DNA from: Anaerohalosphaeraceae bacterium
Lineage (GTDB): Bacteria > Planctomycetota > Phycisphaerae > Sedimentisphaerales > Anaerohalosphaeraceae
Assembly (NCBI GenBank): GCA_963675525.2
Contig: CAXXSL010000016.1
Location: forward strand, 896,001 to 960,000
DNA: 64,000 bases
Reading direction: 5' to 3'
How positions within the stretch are numbered: the stretch's first letter is position 1; every line of letters starts with the position of its first letter. Positions 31,539 through 41,810 of this stretch are shown piece after piece. Both the position numbers and the translations under genes were made by a program. A model generated the notes under the pieces. The model made no database searches and was not told where the DNA came from. It worked only from the letters and a program-made list of their open reading frames with translations.

Positions 31539-32566
31539 AGTTTACCTCGCGTTTCAATACGATGGGTTCCGCTGGCAATCGCAGTTAAAAGTGTCGTAAT
31601 GCCGACCAATCCCTCCAGGTCGTCTTTGGTATATAAATCCATCGCGTCACATCGCTGAACCATCCGGCCCAAGAGTTGATGGATGTCAAATTTCCGGTGC
31701 CCTGTCCAGCGGGCCGTATGGCGAGCCAATAATCGGCGGTGCTGGCGCAGCATTTTAGACGCCTTGATAGACGAATCGCCCGCGGGCGCTGCCGAGAAAA
31801 CGACCTTCAGGCTGTCGTCATAATACCCTTTAAATTCCTTGCCCAGTTGATTCCGTTTTCGATTGTAGTAGGCCAGCAATGTGGACGTCATGCGAGCCGC
31901 CGACCACGGCGGCCGCGGCGAAGCGGTCACAACCGGCTCCTGCTGGGCAATGCGGCCCATCACGTGGTCGATGTATTCCAGCTTCTGCAACGCCGGCCAC
32001 TTTTTATATTTTTCGCGCCAGTTGTTGTCCGGCGCCAGCCAGACCGCAAACGTCTCGGCGAAGTCTTCATCCGGATGGCACTGGGCATAATAGTCGTCCA
32101 GGTGCACGACGAATCGCCGCGAGTACGGACGGTATTGATAGGTGTCGGAATAATGGGACGAGAACGCCCCGAACAATTCGCGCCAGCGCGTGCGGGTATA
32201 AAGCTTGTAAGCGTAGTTGATCGCGTGCCCGCATTCGTGGCGCAGCAGTTTGATGCAGTCTTTTTCGTTGCCGCCTTCGGCCTCGTACATCATCTTGGTC
32301 TCGAGCGCCTTAAGCCGCGGATGCGCCAGACAGAAGGGAATGCCGATGATCGGCTCCTTATCCGGACACAGCCATTCATCCGCCAGGTAGCAGGGCGGTC
32401 GAAACCCGATGCCTTTATCCGCCAGTTCCTCATACAGCTGGTCCACCATCGGCTCCAGCGGCGAGCCGTCCAATTTCAGGTTAAGGTCCTTGACCCGCAC
32501 GTCGAGTAATTCATCGTCGCTGAGGTCTTCCCAGTTCAGGATGTCTTTTTTTCCGGCCACACGCAC
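31535..32566 (-). CDS. Putative zinc-binding metallopeptidase
   Basis: HECGH zincin motif and YAQCHPDEDFAETFA. Confidence 0.82.
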   Translation of the reverse strand: MRVAGKKDILNWEDLSDDELLDVRVKDLNLKLDGSPLEPMVDQLYEELADKGIGFRPPCYLADEWLCPDKEPIIGIPFCLAHPRLKALETKMMYEAEGGNEKDCIKLLRHECGHAINYAYKLYTRTRWRELFGAFSSHYSDTYQYRPYSRRFVVHLDDYYAQCHPDEDFAETFAVWLAPDNNWREKYKKWPALQKLEYIDHVMGRIAQQEPVVTASPRPPWSAARMTSTLLAYYNRKRNQLGKEFKGYYDDSLKVVFSAAPAGDSSIKASKMLRQHRRLLARHTARWTGHRKFDIHQLLGRMVQRCDAMDLYTKDDLEGLVGITTLLTAIASGTHRIETRGKL

Positions 32567-32618
32567 AATATCCCCCGTAGTTGTTTAAAAATCAAGGAAA
32601 AACCCTCAAAAGAATCCC

Positions 32619-32647
32619 TTGACGGGATTCGCCGCAGCGGGTATAGT
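32619..32647 (+). promoter_or_regulatory. Sigma70-like promoter of the leader region
   Basis: TTGACG-N17-TATAGT. Confidence 0.7.
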
Positions 32648-32650
32648 TCG

Positions 32651-32782
32651 ATGGAAATGACGACAAAAGCTCAAATAGTCTGTTCGTTCAGTGTGTTTAC
32701 TGGTATAGCCGGGGCGAAGAATTCCAGCGGCATTATCGGTATGATCAGCATCATTATTCCCGGAGACGGTAAGCTGCTCTGA
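32651..32782 (+). CDS. Ile-rich attenuator leader peptide
   Basis: MEMTTKAQIVCSFSVFTGIAGAKNSSGIIGMISIIIPGDGKLL*; start may be ATG 32657. Confidence 0.7.
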   Translation: MEMTTKAQIVCSFSVFTGIAGAKNSSGIIGMISIIIPGDGKLL

Positions 32783-32805
32783 ATGAAGTAGGATGAGTGA
32801 ATTTT

Positions 32806-32843
32806 AAGGCCTTTCAGAGCAACATGTTCTGGAAGGCCTTTTT
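32806..32843 (+). terminator. Attenuator terminator
   Basis: AAGGCCTTTCAGAGC-aacat-GTTCTGGAAGGCCTT plus TTT; the left arm can alternatively pair with GCTCTGAA at the leader stop. Confidence 0.8.
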
Positions 32844-32875
32844 AATGGATGATTGATGAGTGAATACGGATTAAT

Positions 32876-33406
32876 TTGGAAGGAACAGTTTTGCAGCAGT
32901 TGGTGGAATTGACATTGGAGATGGAAACGCAATTTATGGAGTTCCGTCAGGCTTTGGTGCCGGAAGACCCACAGAACCGCTGGTTGTTTGAGTACAAGGG
33001 AGAGCCTTTTCCTGCTCTCGTGGAGAAGTTACAGGATTGGAAGCATGGCAAACAACTGCCGGATGGGTGGGTTCGGTGCTCGACGCTCTATCTGATTCGA
33101 GAGGACGGAACCATTCTGGGTAAAAGTTCATTACGGCATGAATTAAACGACTTTTTGAGAACCATCGGCGGCCATATTGGATATATCATTCGCCCGGGCC
33201 AAAGGCAGAAAGGAAACGGAACGGCGATTTTAAAACTGACACTTCAGAAAGCCAAAGAGCTTGGATTGACTCGGGTGTTAGTAACCAGCGATGAGGATAA
33301 TATCGCCTCGACGAAGATCATCGAAAAAAACGGCGGTGTATTTGAGGATACATATCAGGAAAACAAAATGGCAGTCCCCAAACGCCGATACTGGATCGAA
33401 TTATAA
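32876..33406 (+). CDS. GNAT N-acetyltransferase
   Basis: GGHIGY.IRP.QR.KG.GT, N.AS.KIIEKNGG. Confidence 0.88.
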   Translation: MEGTVLQQLVELTLEMETQFMEFRQALVPEDPQNRWLFEYKGEPFPALVEKLQDWKHGKQLPDGWVRCSTLYLIREDGTILGKSSLRHELNDFLRTIGGHIGYIIRPGQRQKGNGTAILKLTLQKAKELGLTRVLVTSDEDNIASTKIIEKNGGVFEDTYQENKMAVPKRRYWIEL

Positions 33407-33419
33407 AAAGGAGACAACG

Positions 33420-33977
33420 ATGGCGATAATTGAACCGAGAATCGTCACATTGAAAAACGGCAAAGAAGCCTGCATTCGAACGCGAACACTTGAGGATGCT
33501 GAAAAATCGCTGAAATGTATCGAGACAGTTTTTGCCGACGACCGGTTTTTCTTGACCACGCTTGACGAGATCAGACAACAATTATCCGTTGAAAAGTATA
33601 GTGAACGAACCCAATTATTTAACGAGCATGAGCAGAAACTGCTGTTGATCGCCGAGGTTGACGGGCAGATCGTTTCCATGTCTGATGTTGAATGTGGCGA
33701 AAAGTTGCGAAATCAGCATGTGGGCCGAATAGGCATCAGTATTTTGCCCGAGTATCGCCGAATCGGTCTGGGTACAGCGATAATGGAAACAATGATTGAC
33801 TGGGCCGCATCGCACCCAATCATCGAAAAACTGGCGTTGGGCGTCTGGGCGGCCAATAAACCGGCTATAGGCCTTTACGAAAAACTGGGATTTGTTGAAG
33901 AGGGCAGAAAAGTGCGTGAAGTGAAATACGCAAACGGGTATTATGATGACTGTGTGTTGATGTGTAAAATGGTGTAA
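33420..33977 (+). CDS. GNAT N-acetyltransferase (RimJ/RimL-like)
   Basis: YRRIGLGT, N..AIGLYEKLGFVEEG; RBS AAGGAG. Confidence 0.88.
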   Translation: MAIIEPRIVTLKNGKEACIRTRTLEDAEKSLKCIETVFADDRFFLTTLDEIRQQLSVEKYSERTQLFNEHEQKLLLIAEVDGQIVSMSDVECGEKLRNQHVGRIGISILPEYRRIGLGTAIMETMIDWAASHPIIEKLALGVWAANKPAIGLYEKLGFVEEGRKVREVKYANGYYDDCVLMCKMV

Positions 33978-33998
33978 ACCGTATTCAGGAGGTCTCTT

Positions 33999-36119
33999 AT
34001 GCGACGGAAAATCAACTTGGTTGTACTTATGTCAGTGCTCTTTGTATTCACCACAAACATCCTGGCTGATGTCCGGGTTGAGACAACCGCAAACCAACGG
34101 ACTCAACTGGCACTTAGCGATATAGGCACATTATCTGAATTAACTCTTGCTGCGGGTGAGAATTCAGGTATTTATTATATGACCGGTGATGAAAAACATT
34201 ACCTTTCCGGCAAGCCCGACGTCATTCAGCGCCAAGATGACGGCTTGGTGGCCCAATGGAAGGAAAATCGAATTATTACCGTGATTATTACCTTTGGACA
34301 AGACCATCATCAAATCGCATTTACGGCTGAACCATTTCATGACATCACCGGTTGGGGCATTTCCATCGCGGCTGAGCCGGATGAATACTTCACAGGTCTC
34401 ATGGAACGCGTCGTCGACGGTTCGCAGGGCAACTCCTGGAAGGCCGGCATGACCGAGGCGATGAATCTGCGCGGGCAGACGGTTAACATGAAAATCGACT
34501 ATACGGTCTCGCTCTACGCCCCGTTCTTTATCTCCTCCCGCGGTTACGGCCTGTTTACAAACGGCACCTGGATCGGCAAGTACACCTTCCCGCCCGAAGG
34601 TCAGTCCGGCACTGTGGAGATTTTCTTTGAAGGCCCGGTCTGCCAGTATATCCTTTATACCGGCTCACCCGGGCAGATTGTACGCAATCACATGATGGAT
34701 ACCGGCCCGTCGTTCCTTCCGCCAAAATGGGCCCTGCGCCCGTTCCGCTGGCGCGATGAGCATGTTCACCGTGATACCTACTATGACGGCTCCAAAGTCA
34801 ACGCCCCTTACAACAGCGAAATCGTCGAAGATGTGCTGATGATGGAGGCCCTTGGCATTCCCTGCGGCGTGTATTGGGTGGACCGGCCGTGGGGCAAAAA
34901 CGAAACCGGTTTCGGCTACGATGACCTGGAATATGACGAGCAGCGTCTGCCCAATACCAAAAAAATGATCCAATGGCTCAATGAAAAAGACATTAAGTTT
35001 CTGTTGTGGATCTGTCCCTGGGCGGTTGGTGAGAAGATGGAGGCCGAGGCATTCAAGAACGATTATGTCATTGCGGTGCCCGGTTGGGAATATAGTGGGG
35101 GCAAACGGCCTAATTTCATTGACTTAACCAATCCAATGGCCGTTCAATGGTGGCAGGGGTATTTGAAGAAACTCCTTAAAGATGGTGTGGCCGGCTTTAA
35201 AATGGATCGCGGAGAAGAACACACACCGCTTTTATATAAGTCTAATCAAACAGTGTACGACGGACGAAGCGGGCGCGAAGTTTACAATGACTACATGCGT
35301 CTTTATGCCAAAGCCGCCTATGAAGTCTGTCAGGAAGTTCACGGTGATGATTTTATGATTATGCCCCGCGCCGGCTACACGGGCAGTACAAAATACGCCG
35401 GATTCTGGGCCGGTGATACGTACGGCACACCGTGGGGTTTGCGATCGGCCATTATCGGCGGTCTGCGTGCCGCGGTCATCGGTTACCCGGTCTGGGGTTC
35501 GGACACCGGCGGCTATGCTTACCATGAACAAATAGACGGCAAACGACAAAAAAGTTTTCTCCCTAAAACCGGCTGCCGCTGGCTGGCCTTTAGCTGTTTT
35601 TGCCCCATCATGGAAGTCGGACCGACAGCCAATAAAGGGCCGTGGGAAATCGATGATACTCTCACCGCAGTCTGGCGTATGTACGCGATTTTGCATGACA
35701 ACCTGACCGACTATACCTATCAATACGCCAAAGAAGCGCACGATATCGGAATGCCGGTCATGCGTCCGCTATTTTTGGTATATCCCGACCAGCCTCAAAG
35801 CTGGGACGACTGGCAAACCTATCTCTACGGCCCGGATATCCTGGTATCGGCCATCTGGCAGGACGACGACACCGTCACCCAAAAAGTCTATCTGCCCAAA
35901 GGCGACCAGTGGGTCGACGCCTGGGACACAACAAATGTGCTGGATGGCGGACAAACCATCGAAGTGGAGTGTCCGATTTATAAAATTCCCATTTACATCC
36001 GCAAGACAAGCGAGATAAAGCTGGGCGACCTGAATGCACTCTGGGCCGAATCCGTGAAAGTCGTCAAAAACAAACCCACCATGGCTGAACTTGAAAAACG
36101 AGCGGGATTTATTGAATGA
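33999..36119 (+). CDS. Secreted glycoside hydrolase family 31 (alpha-glucosidase/xylosidase-like)
   Basis: Signal peptide; PPKWA, GFKMDRGE nucleophile, WAGD acid/base, GSDTGG, PVMRPL. Confidence 0.85.
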   Translation: MRRKINLVVLMSVLFVFTTNILADVRVETTANQRTQLALSDIGTLSELTLAAGENSGIYYMTGDEKHYLSGKPDVIQRQDDGLVAQWKENRIITVIITFGQDHHQIAFTAEPFHDITGWGISIAAEPDEYFTGLMERVVDGSQGNSWKAGMTEAMNLRGQTVNMKIDYTVSLYAPFFISSRGYGLFTNGTWIGKYTFPPEGQSGTVEIFFEGPVCQYILYTGSPGQIVRNHMMDTGPSFLPPKWALRPFRWRDEHVHRDTYYDGSKVNAPYNSEIVEDVLMMEALGIPCGVYWVDRPWGKNETGFGYDDLEYDEQRLPNTKKMIQWLNEKDIKFLLWICPWAVGEKMEAEAFKNDYVIAVPGWEYSGGKRPNFIDLTNPMAVQWWQGYLKKLLKDGVAGFKMDRGEEHTPLLYKSNQTVYDGRSGREVYNDYMRLYAKAAYEVCQEVHGDDFMIMPRAGYTGSTKYAGFWAGDTYGTPWGLRSAIIGGLRAAVIGYPVWGSDTGGYAYHEQIDGKRQKSFLPKTGCRWLAFSCFCPIMEVGPTANKGPWEIDDTLTAVWRMYAILHDNLTDYTYQYAKEAHDIGMPVMRPLFLVYPDQPQSWDDWQTYLYGPDILVSAIWQDDDTVTQKVYLPKGDQWVDAWDTTNVLDGGQTIEVECPIYKIPIYIRKTSEIKLGDLNALWAESVKVVKNKPTMAELEKRAGFIE

Positions 36120-36140
36120 TAAATAGAAAATCTCACATCT

Positions 36141-36845
36141 ATGGTTAACAGGAAACAATCACGATTCAGGCCTTTGTCGCACGGATTAGAAATCCTCTAC
36201 GAAGACCGCGATCTGCTCGTCGTCAATAAGCCCGCGGGGCTGTTGACCGTTAAGACAGAGACGGAAAAGAGCCGGACGGTTCACTATATTCTGACCGATT
36301 ATGTGAGGAAGGGAAATCCGAAGTCCCGGAACCAGGTCTTTACGGTTCACCGGCTGGACCAGTGGACATCCGGCGTATTGATCTTTGCAAAAAGCGAAGC
36401 GGTTAAGGATTCTTTGCAGGCCCGGTGGGAAGAGACGAAAAAAACGTATCTTGCGGCAGTTCATGGTCACTTGACAGCGAAAGAGGGAGTGATTGCCTCG
36501 TACCTGGCTGAGAACAGCAGGCATGTCGTCTATTCCACGCCGGACGCGGCCAAAGGAAAACCCGCACGTACGGCGTATAAAGTGCTTAAAGAAAAGGGGC
36601 CGTTCAGCCTACTGGAGATTCATCTGTTGACCGGCAGGAAAAACCAGGTTCGTGTCCATCTGGCCGACCAGGGGCACCCGGTTGTCGGCGACCGAAAATA
36701 CGGGGAGAATACGGATGGGTTTACGCGTTTAGCGCTTCATGCCAGGTCGATCTGCTTTAAGCATCCGATGCGGGACGAGTTGATGACGATAGAAGCGAAA
36801 GTACCGAGTTGTTTTCGTAAACTGGTGGGTGCGATTCAGCCTTAA
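36141..36845 (+). CDS. RluA-family pseudouridine synthase
   Basis: VNKPAGL, HRLD, TGRKNQVRVH, GD.KYG, LHA. Confidence 0.92.
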   Translation: MVNRKQSRFRPLSHGLEILYEDRDLLVVNKPAGLLTVKTETEKSRTVHYILTDYVRKGNPKSRNQVFTVHRLDQWTSGVLIFAKSEAVKDSLQARWEETKKTYLAAVHGHLTAKEGVIASYLAENSRHVVYSTPDAAKGKPARTAYKVLKEKGPFSLLEIHLLTGRKNQVRVHLADQGHPVVGDRKYGENTDGFTRLALHARSICFKHPMRDELMTIEAKVPSCFRKLVGAIQP

Positions 36846-36882
36846 GGGCGTTTATGAATCCGCCGGTAATTTGGGCCCGGAC

Positions 36883-36911
36883 TTGACAGAAGGGGCCCCG
36901 GCAAATACTAT
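36883..36911 (+). promoter_or_regulatory. Sigma70-like promoter for ileS
   Basis: TTGACA-N17-TACTAT. Confidence 0.6.
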
Positions 36912-36943
36912 AGGTCTTTTGAATTTTATGAAAAGGATACTAA

Positions 36944-39844
36944 ATGTCGGATACAGGCAAGAAAAAAGGATACCGCGACACACTGAATCTGCCGCAGACC
37001 GCGTTTGCGATGAAGGCAAACCTGACCCAGCGCGAGCCGCAACAGCGTAAAGCGTGGGAAAAAGCCGATATTTACAATACGATTATGGCGTCCCGTGAAA
37101 ATGTGCCGCTGTATATGCTGCACGACGGCCCGCCGTATGCCAACGGCGATATTCACATGGGACATGTGATTAACAAAGTACTCAAGGATTTTGTCGTCAA
37201 GTACAAGACCATGACCGGCTTTAAAGCTCCGTACGTTCCCGGCTGGGATTGTCACGGCCTGCCGATCGAGGTCAAGGTCATGGCCGAACTCGGCGACAAA
37301 GCCAAACAGATGAGCAAGCCCGAAATCCGAAAAGAGTGCCAGAAATACGCCTCCAAATATGTCAAACTGCAAACCAAACAGTTTAAGGCGCTGGGTGTCT
37401 TCGGCGATTTTGAAAATCCGTATCTGACCCTCAAGCCGCAGTACGAGCAGGGGATTCTGGAAATCTTCGCCGAACTGGTCGGTAACGGACTGGTCTATAA
37501 ACAGCTTAAACCGATTCACTGGTCGATTGGTTGCGAAACGGCATTGGCCGATGCGGAGTTGGAGTATAAAGACGTTACCTCGTCGAGTGTGTATGTGAAT
37601 TTTCCAATGGATGACGCCGCGGCTCAAAAGGTGCGGGACATGGGCCTTGCCCCCGCGGACAGTAAAGTCTGTTTTATGATTTGGACGACGACACCGTGGA
37701 CACTTGCGGCCAACTTAGCGGTCGCCTTGCATCCGAGGCTGGATTATGTCGGTCTGACCTATGACAAAGACGGCACGAAGTTTACTTCGATTATTTGTGC
37801 GGAGCGATTGGAGGCGGTTGTTAAAGCCGCCGGACTGCAGGACGGCCAATATTCCGTTAGCGAACCGGCTAAAGGCGTCGGGTTTGAAAAGCTTCGTTAC
37901 GTCCATCCGTATGTTGAAAAAAATCCCACCGAGCAGGACGCCTACTTTGCGATCAATGCCGAGTATGTCACCACCGAAGACGGCACCGGCATTGTCCACA
38001 TCGCCCCCGGCCACGGTGCTGAGGACTACCTGGAAGGCATGCGCAACGGCTTGGCCGTCTATTCCCCGGTTATGGATAACGGCTGTTATGATGACACCGT
38101 TCCCGATTGGCTTGTCGGCAAAAGCGTGCTGAAGGTGGACAAAGAAATCAATGCGCATCTCCGCAATATCGGTCTGCTCGTACATGAAGAGGGCATTTCG
38201 CACAGCTATCCGCATTGCTGGCGCAGCAAAATGCCGGTCATCTTCCGCGCCACCGAACAGTGGTTTGTTTGTGTGGACAGAGGGATTGAGAAATTTGATA
38301 ACAAACCGCTACGGACGCTGGCGATGGAGCAAATCAAGGATGTCAAGTGGGTTCCCGGCTGGGGACAGAAGCGCATTCAGGGCATGCTCGAATCGCGCCC
38401 GGACTGGTGCATCAGCCGCCAGCGCTCATGGGGACTTCCCATCCCGGCGTTCATCACCGGCGACGGCAGAACCCTGCTCACCAAAGAATCCGTTACAGCC
38501 GTGGCCAACTATATCGGTCAAAAAGGCTCTAATAGCTGGTTCACCGATTCACCGAAAGAGATTCTCGGCGAAGATTTCCAATTGCCGGAAGGTTTCAGTT
38601 GGGACGACCTGCAAAAGGAAGAAAATATTTTCGATGTATGGTTCGAGTCCGGCTGCAGTTGGCACAGTGTCATCGAAATGGCCGGCTACGACGTTCCCGT
38701 GGACCTGTATCTGGAAGGCTCCGACCAGCATCGCGGCTGGTTCCAGTTGTCGCTGCTGCCCGCGCTGGGCGCGATGGGCAAACCCCCGTTCAAAACCGTT
38801 CTGACGCACGGGTTTACCGTCGATGAAAAAGGCATGAAGCAGTCCAAGTCCGCCGGCAACTATGTCAGCGCGCTGGAGGAGGTCGAAAAATACGGCGCCG
38901 ATATCCTGCGGCTGTGGGTGTCCAGCGTCAATTACCAGGAAGACATGCGCTGCAGCGATGAGCTCATCGGCCGCCTGCAGGACGCCTACCGCAAGATCCG
39001 CAATACCCTGCGCTACCTGATGAGCAATATTAATGACTTTGTGCCCGCCGACATGAACGTCGATTACAAAGACATGCAGTTGATCGACCAGTGGGCGATG
39101 GAGAAACTGCAATCGCTGATCGCCAAAGTGCATGATGCGTATGAAAACTTTATGTTCCATCGTGTCTTCGGCCTGATTTACAATTTCTGCACGGTCGAGA
39201 TGAGCAGCATTTACATGGATGTATTGAAGGATCGCATGTACTGCGATGCCAAGAGCAGCCAAAGCCGCCGCAGCGGTCAGACGGTCATGTACAAAATCCT
39301 TGACGCACTTGTGCGAATGCTGGCGCCGATCCTGGCGCACACCGCCGAAGAGGCTTGGGCCGCGATGGAATACAAAGGCGAAAATGTTGACAGTGTGCAT
39401 CTGGCCTCTATGCCGACCGCCGATAAAACGATCGACTCGACAGCCAATGAAACCCGGTGGAGTAAAATATTTGAACTTCGTGATGATGTTCTTAATGAAT
39501 GTGAACGACTCAGAAATAACGGGATAATTGCGAGTAATCAAGAAGCAAAAATAACCATTGAAACGATAGATGATCTAACCATTCAGGCTTTTAATGAGTT
39601 CTCTGTTAAAGATTTTGAGCAATTGTGTATTGTCAGCGAAGTTGTTCTTGATACGGATTCAACGAAATGGAATAATGAAAACACTTTGTATGATGGTAAT
39701 ATTGTAAGCTGTATTCCAAGAATTAAAGGTGAAAAAAGCCCCTACGCCAAATGTGAGCGCTGCTGGAACTATTGGCCCAGTGTCGGGCAAAATACGGACT
39801 GGCCAGACCTGTGCCGCCGCTGTGTGGAAGTCATGACAGAATAA
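36944..39844 (+). CDS. ileS: Isoleucine--tRNA ligase (type 1)
   Basis: PPYANG..HMGH, WTTTPWTL, DWCISRQR, EGSDQHRGWF, KQSKS, C-terminal CERC..CRRC zinc finger. Confidence 0.97.
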   Translation: MSDTGKKKGYRDTLNLPQTAFAMKANLTQREPQQRKAWEKADIYNTIMASRENVPLYMLHDGPPYANGDIHMGHVINKVLKDFVVKYKTMTGFKAPYVPGWDCHGLPIEVKVMAELGDKAKQMSKPEIRKECQKYASKYVKLQTKQFKALGVFGDFENPYLTLKPQYEQGILEIFAELVGNGLVYKQLKPIHWSIGCETALADAELEYKDVTSSSVYVNFPMDDAAAQKVRDMGLAPADSKVCFMIWTTTPWTLAANLAVALHPRLDYVGLTYDKDGTKFTSIICAERLEAVVKAAGLQDGQYSVSEPAKGVGFEKLRYVHPYVEKNPTEQDAYFAINAEYVTTEDGTGIVHIAPGHGAEDYLEGMRNGLAVYSPVMDNGCYDDTVPDWLVGKSVLKVDKEINAHLRNIGLLVHEEGISHSYPHCWRSKMPVIFRATEQWFVCVDRGIEKFDNKPLRTLAMEQIKDVKWVPGWGQKRIQGMLESRPDWCISRQRSWGLPIPAFITGDGRTLLTKESVTAVANYIGQKGSNSWFTDSPKEILGEDFQLPEGFSWDDLQKEENIFDVWFESGCSWHSVIEMAGYDVPVDLYLEGSDQHRGWFQLSLLPALGAMGKPPFKTVLTHGFTVDEKGMKQSKSAGNYVSALEEVEKYGADILRLWVSSVNYQEDMRCSDELIGRLQDAYRKIRNTLRYLMSNINDFVPADMNVDYKDMQLIDQWAMEKLQSLIAKVHDAYENFMFHRVFGLIYNFCTVEMSSIYMDVLKDRMYCDAKSSQSRRSGQTVMYKILDALVRMLAPILAHTAEEAWAAMEYKGENVDSVHLASMPTADKTIDSTANETRWSKIFELRDDVLNECERLRNNGIIASNQEAKITIETIDDLTIQAFNEFSVKDFEQLCIVSEVVLDTDSTKWNNENTLYDGNIVSCIPRIKGEKSPYAKCERCWNYWPSVGQNTDWPDLCRRCVEVMTE

Positions 39845-40030
39845 GATATATATTGTACGCTTAAAACAATCTAAACAGATAAAGGAATGCCGCAGACATA
39901 TGGGTATTCCTTTATTTATTGATTTATTGCAACAGTTCCCATTTTCGGGCATCTTAAGAATAGGCTTGACGCGAAGACACTCCAGCCTTAGACTTCTAAA
40001 AAATGTTCATGTTTTTGAAAGGAGATTAGG

Positions 40031-40327
40031 ATGGATACCTACGGTCCGGGTTCGGATGTGGCACCTGTTTTCGCAGGATGTTTTTTTTTGGTATGGATTG
40101 TTTTTGCTCTGGCGATGCTCGTATTTATGGCGCTGGTCTATTGGAAGATCTTCTCCAAGGCGGGTTATCCCGGCGCATTAGGATTGCTGATGCTGGTCCC
40201 GATCGCCAATATTGTGATGCTGCTCATATTGGCTTTTGGACAGTGGCCCATTCATCGCGAGTTGGAGGCCTATCGGCAGGCTCACCAGGCTCCGTCGCCG
40301 GCAACCGGATCGCCTTTGCGGCACTGA
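40031..40327 (+). CDS. Small two-TM membrane protein
   Basis: WKIFSKAGYPG..L..VPI.N motif; RBS AGGAG. Confidence 0.7.
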   Translation: MDTYGPGSDVAPVFAGCFFLVWIVFALAMLVFMALVYWKIFSKAGYPGALGLLMLVPIANIVMLLILAFGQWPIHRELEAYRQAHQAPSPATGSPLRH

Positions 40328-40353
40328 TCTTCAAAATCTCTAATTGAATCAAT

Positions 40354-40395
40354 AAAAAAAAGCCGCCGGATCGTTTAAGGTCCCGCGGCTTTTTT
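40354..40395. terminator. Bidirectional terminator
   Basis: A8-GCCGC...GCGGC-T6 between convergent genes. Confidence 0.75.
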
Positions 40396-40411
40396 GTGTG
40401 CGATTAAAGTG

Positions 40412-41617
40412 TTACTCTTCTGCGGGCGGTGCTGTCGCCGGTGCTGCTGTTTCCGTTGAGCCTTCCTGGGCGGCCTGCTGGGCCTGCTGTTGGGCCATTT
40501 GAGCCTGGATCTGCTGCATCATTTGCTGCTGCATCTGCTGCTGCTGATTGACTTTGTCACGTAAAGCCTGTTCTTTGGCGGAATACTCTACCTTGAGATT
40601 TTCCTTCAACTGTTTTTGAAGGAGGAAAGAAATGATCTTGGGCTGTGCCTCTTCAAACGGTTCTTTCTCGGCTTTCATCTTTTCAGAAAGCTTGATAATG
40701 TGGTAGCCGAACTGTGTTTCAACCAGATCGCTGATTGCGCCGACTTCAAGTGCAAAAGCGGTATCCTCAAACGGTTTGACCATTTTTCCTCGCGGGAAGG
40801 TGTATTCGCCGCCATTATCCTTGGAACCTGGGTCCTCTGAGTACTCTTTGGCCAGCGCGGCAAAATCTTCTCCGGCTTTCGCTTTGGCCAGAACTTCTTC
40901 GGCCTTTGCTTTTGTGGCGGCTTTCGCTTCATCCCCGGCGCCGGAATCGGACTTGATCAGAATATGACTGGCTCTGACCTGCTCGGGTTTTTCAAAATAA
41001 GCAGGATTTTCGTCATAGAATTTTTTGGCTTCGGCAACCAATGCCTCATCCTTTTGGCTCGCCTGGGCCACCTCCATCATCAGGACTTGAGGACGTACCT
41101 GTAATTTCAGGTCATCCATGGTCATTCCGTATTGGGAGATTTCGGCCTGCACCTCATCGAGTGTTTGTCCCTGTTGTTCTGCGATTTTGACAATTTCTTC
41201 CATCACTCTGTCATCTGAAACCGAAACATTCCATTTTTCGGCGAGTTGGTTCATGGCTGTCTGCTGCACGAGCATATCCACGACGCCCTTTCGAACCATG
41301 TCTTTCTGAGCGTCCGGAAAGGGCTGGCCTTCGGGTGCGCGTTTCTTCATGCCTTCAATGCGTTTATTGGCTTCTGCGGCGACAACGGCCTCCGTGATGG
41401 GTTGGCCGTTAACGGTCGCGACGACGTCATCGGGATCTGCCTGGGCGACCGGTTCCTGTTCAGCAGGTGTGGTCGGCTCAACAGCTGGCTTAACAGCAGG
41501 TTCAACAGGTTGTTCAACGACTGGCGTTGAAATCTGCTGGGAGGGTTCTTCTTTTTCGCATCCCCAGAATGCGACTGTCAACACGATAATGCAGGTAAGC
41601 CCCAGTAAAAATCTCAT
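40412..41617 (-). CDS. Parvulin-type peptidylprolyl isomerase lipoprotein (PrsA/SurA-like)
   Basis: FWGC lipobox, [31 protein letters not shown]; Gln-rich tail. Confidence 0.9.
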   Translation of the reverse strand: MRFLLGLTCIIVLTVAFWGCEKEEPSQQISTPVVEQPVEPAVKPAVEPTTPAEQEPVAQADPDDVVATVNGQPITEAVVAAEANKRIEGMKKRAPEGQPFPDAQKDMVRKGVVDMLVQQTAMNQLAEKWNVSVSDDRVMEEIVKIAEQQGQTLDEVQAEISQYGMTMDDLKLQVRPQVLMMEVAQASQKDEALVAEAKKFYDENPAYFEKPEQVRASHILIKSDSGAGDEAKAATKAKAEEVLAKAKAGEDFAALAKEYSEDPGSKDNGGEYTFPRGKMVKPFEDTAFALEVGAISDLVETQFGYHIIKLSEKMKAEKEPFEEAQPKIISFLLQKQLKENLKVEYSAKEQALRDKVNQQQQMQQQMMQQIQAQMAQQQAQQAAQEGSTETAAPATAPPAEE

Positions 41618-41810
41618 TTGAATTCCTTTCTGTAAAGTTTTTTGTTTTGCGATATAACAAGGGGCCATTCAGGATGGCCCATATTTACCTTTACTGAACG
41701 CTGCTTATAGCAATTTAAGGGTTGCATTCTAAGGGTTTTGGCCGCAGGATGCAAAGGATTAAAAAATATCTTTCAAACCATCCAAATTGCATCCGAAAGC
41801 ACTATAATGG

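Noticed and set aside
32876..33977. GNAT pair as a toxin-antitoxin module
   Set aside because: No small RHH/DUF1778-like antitoxin gene lies upstream
40412..40560. CAG-rich repeat in the PPIase 3' end
   Set aside because: An in-frame Gln/Ala-rich low-complexity tail, not a separate element
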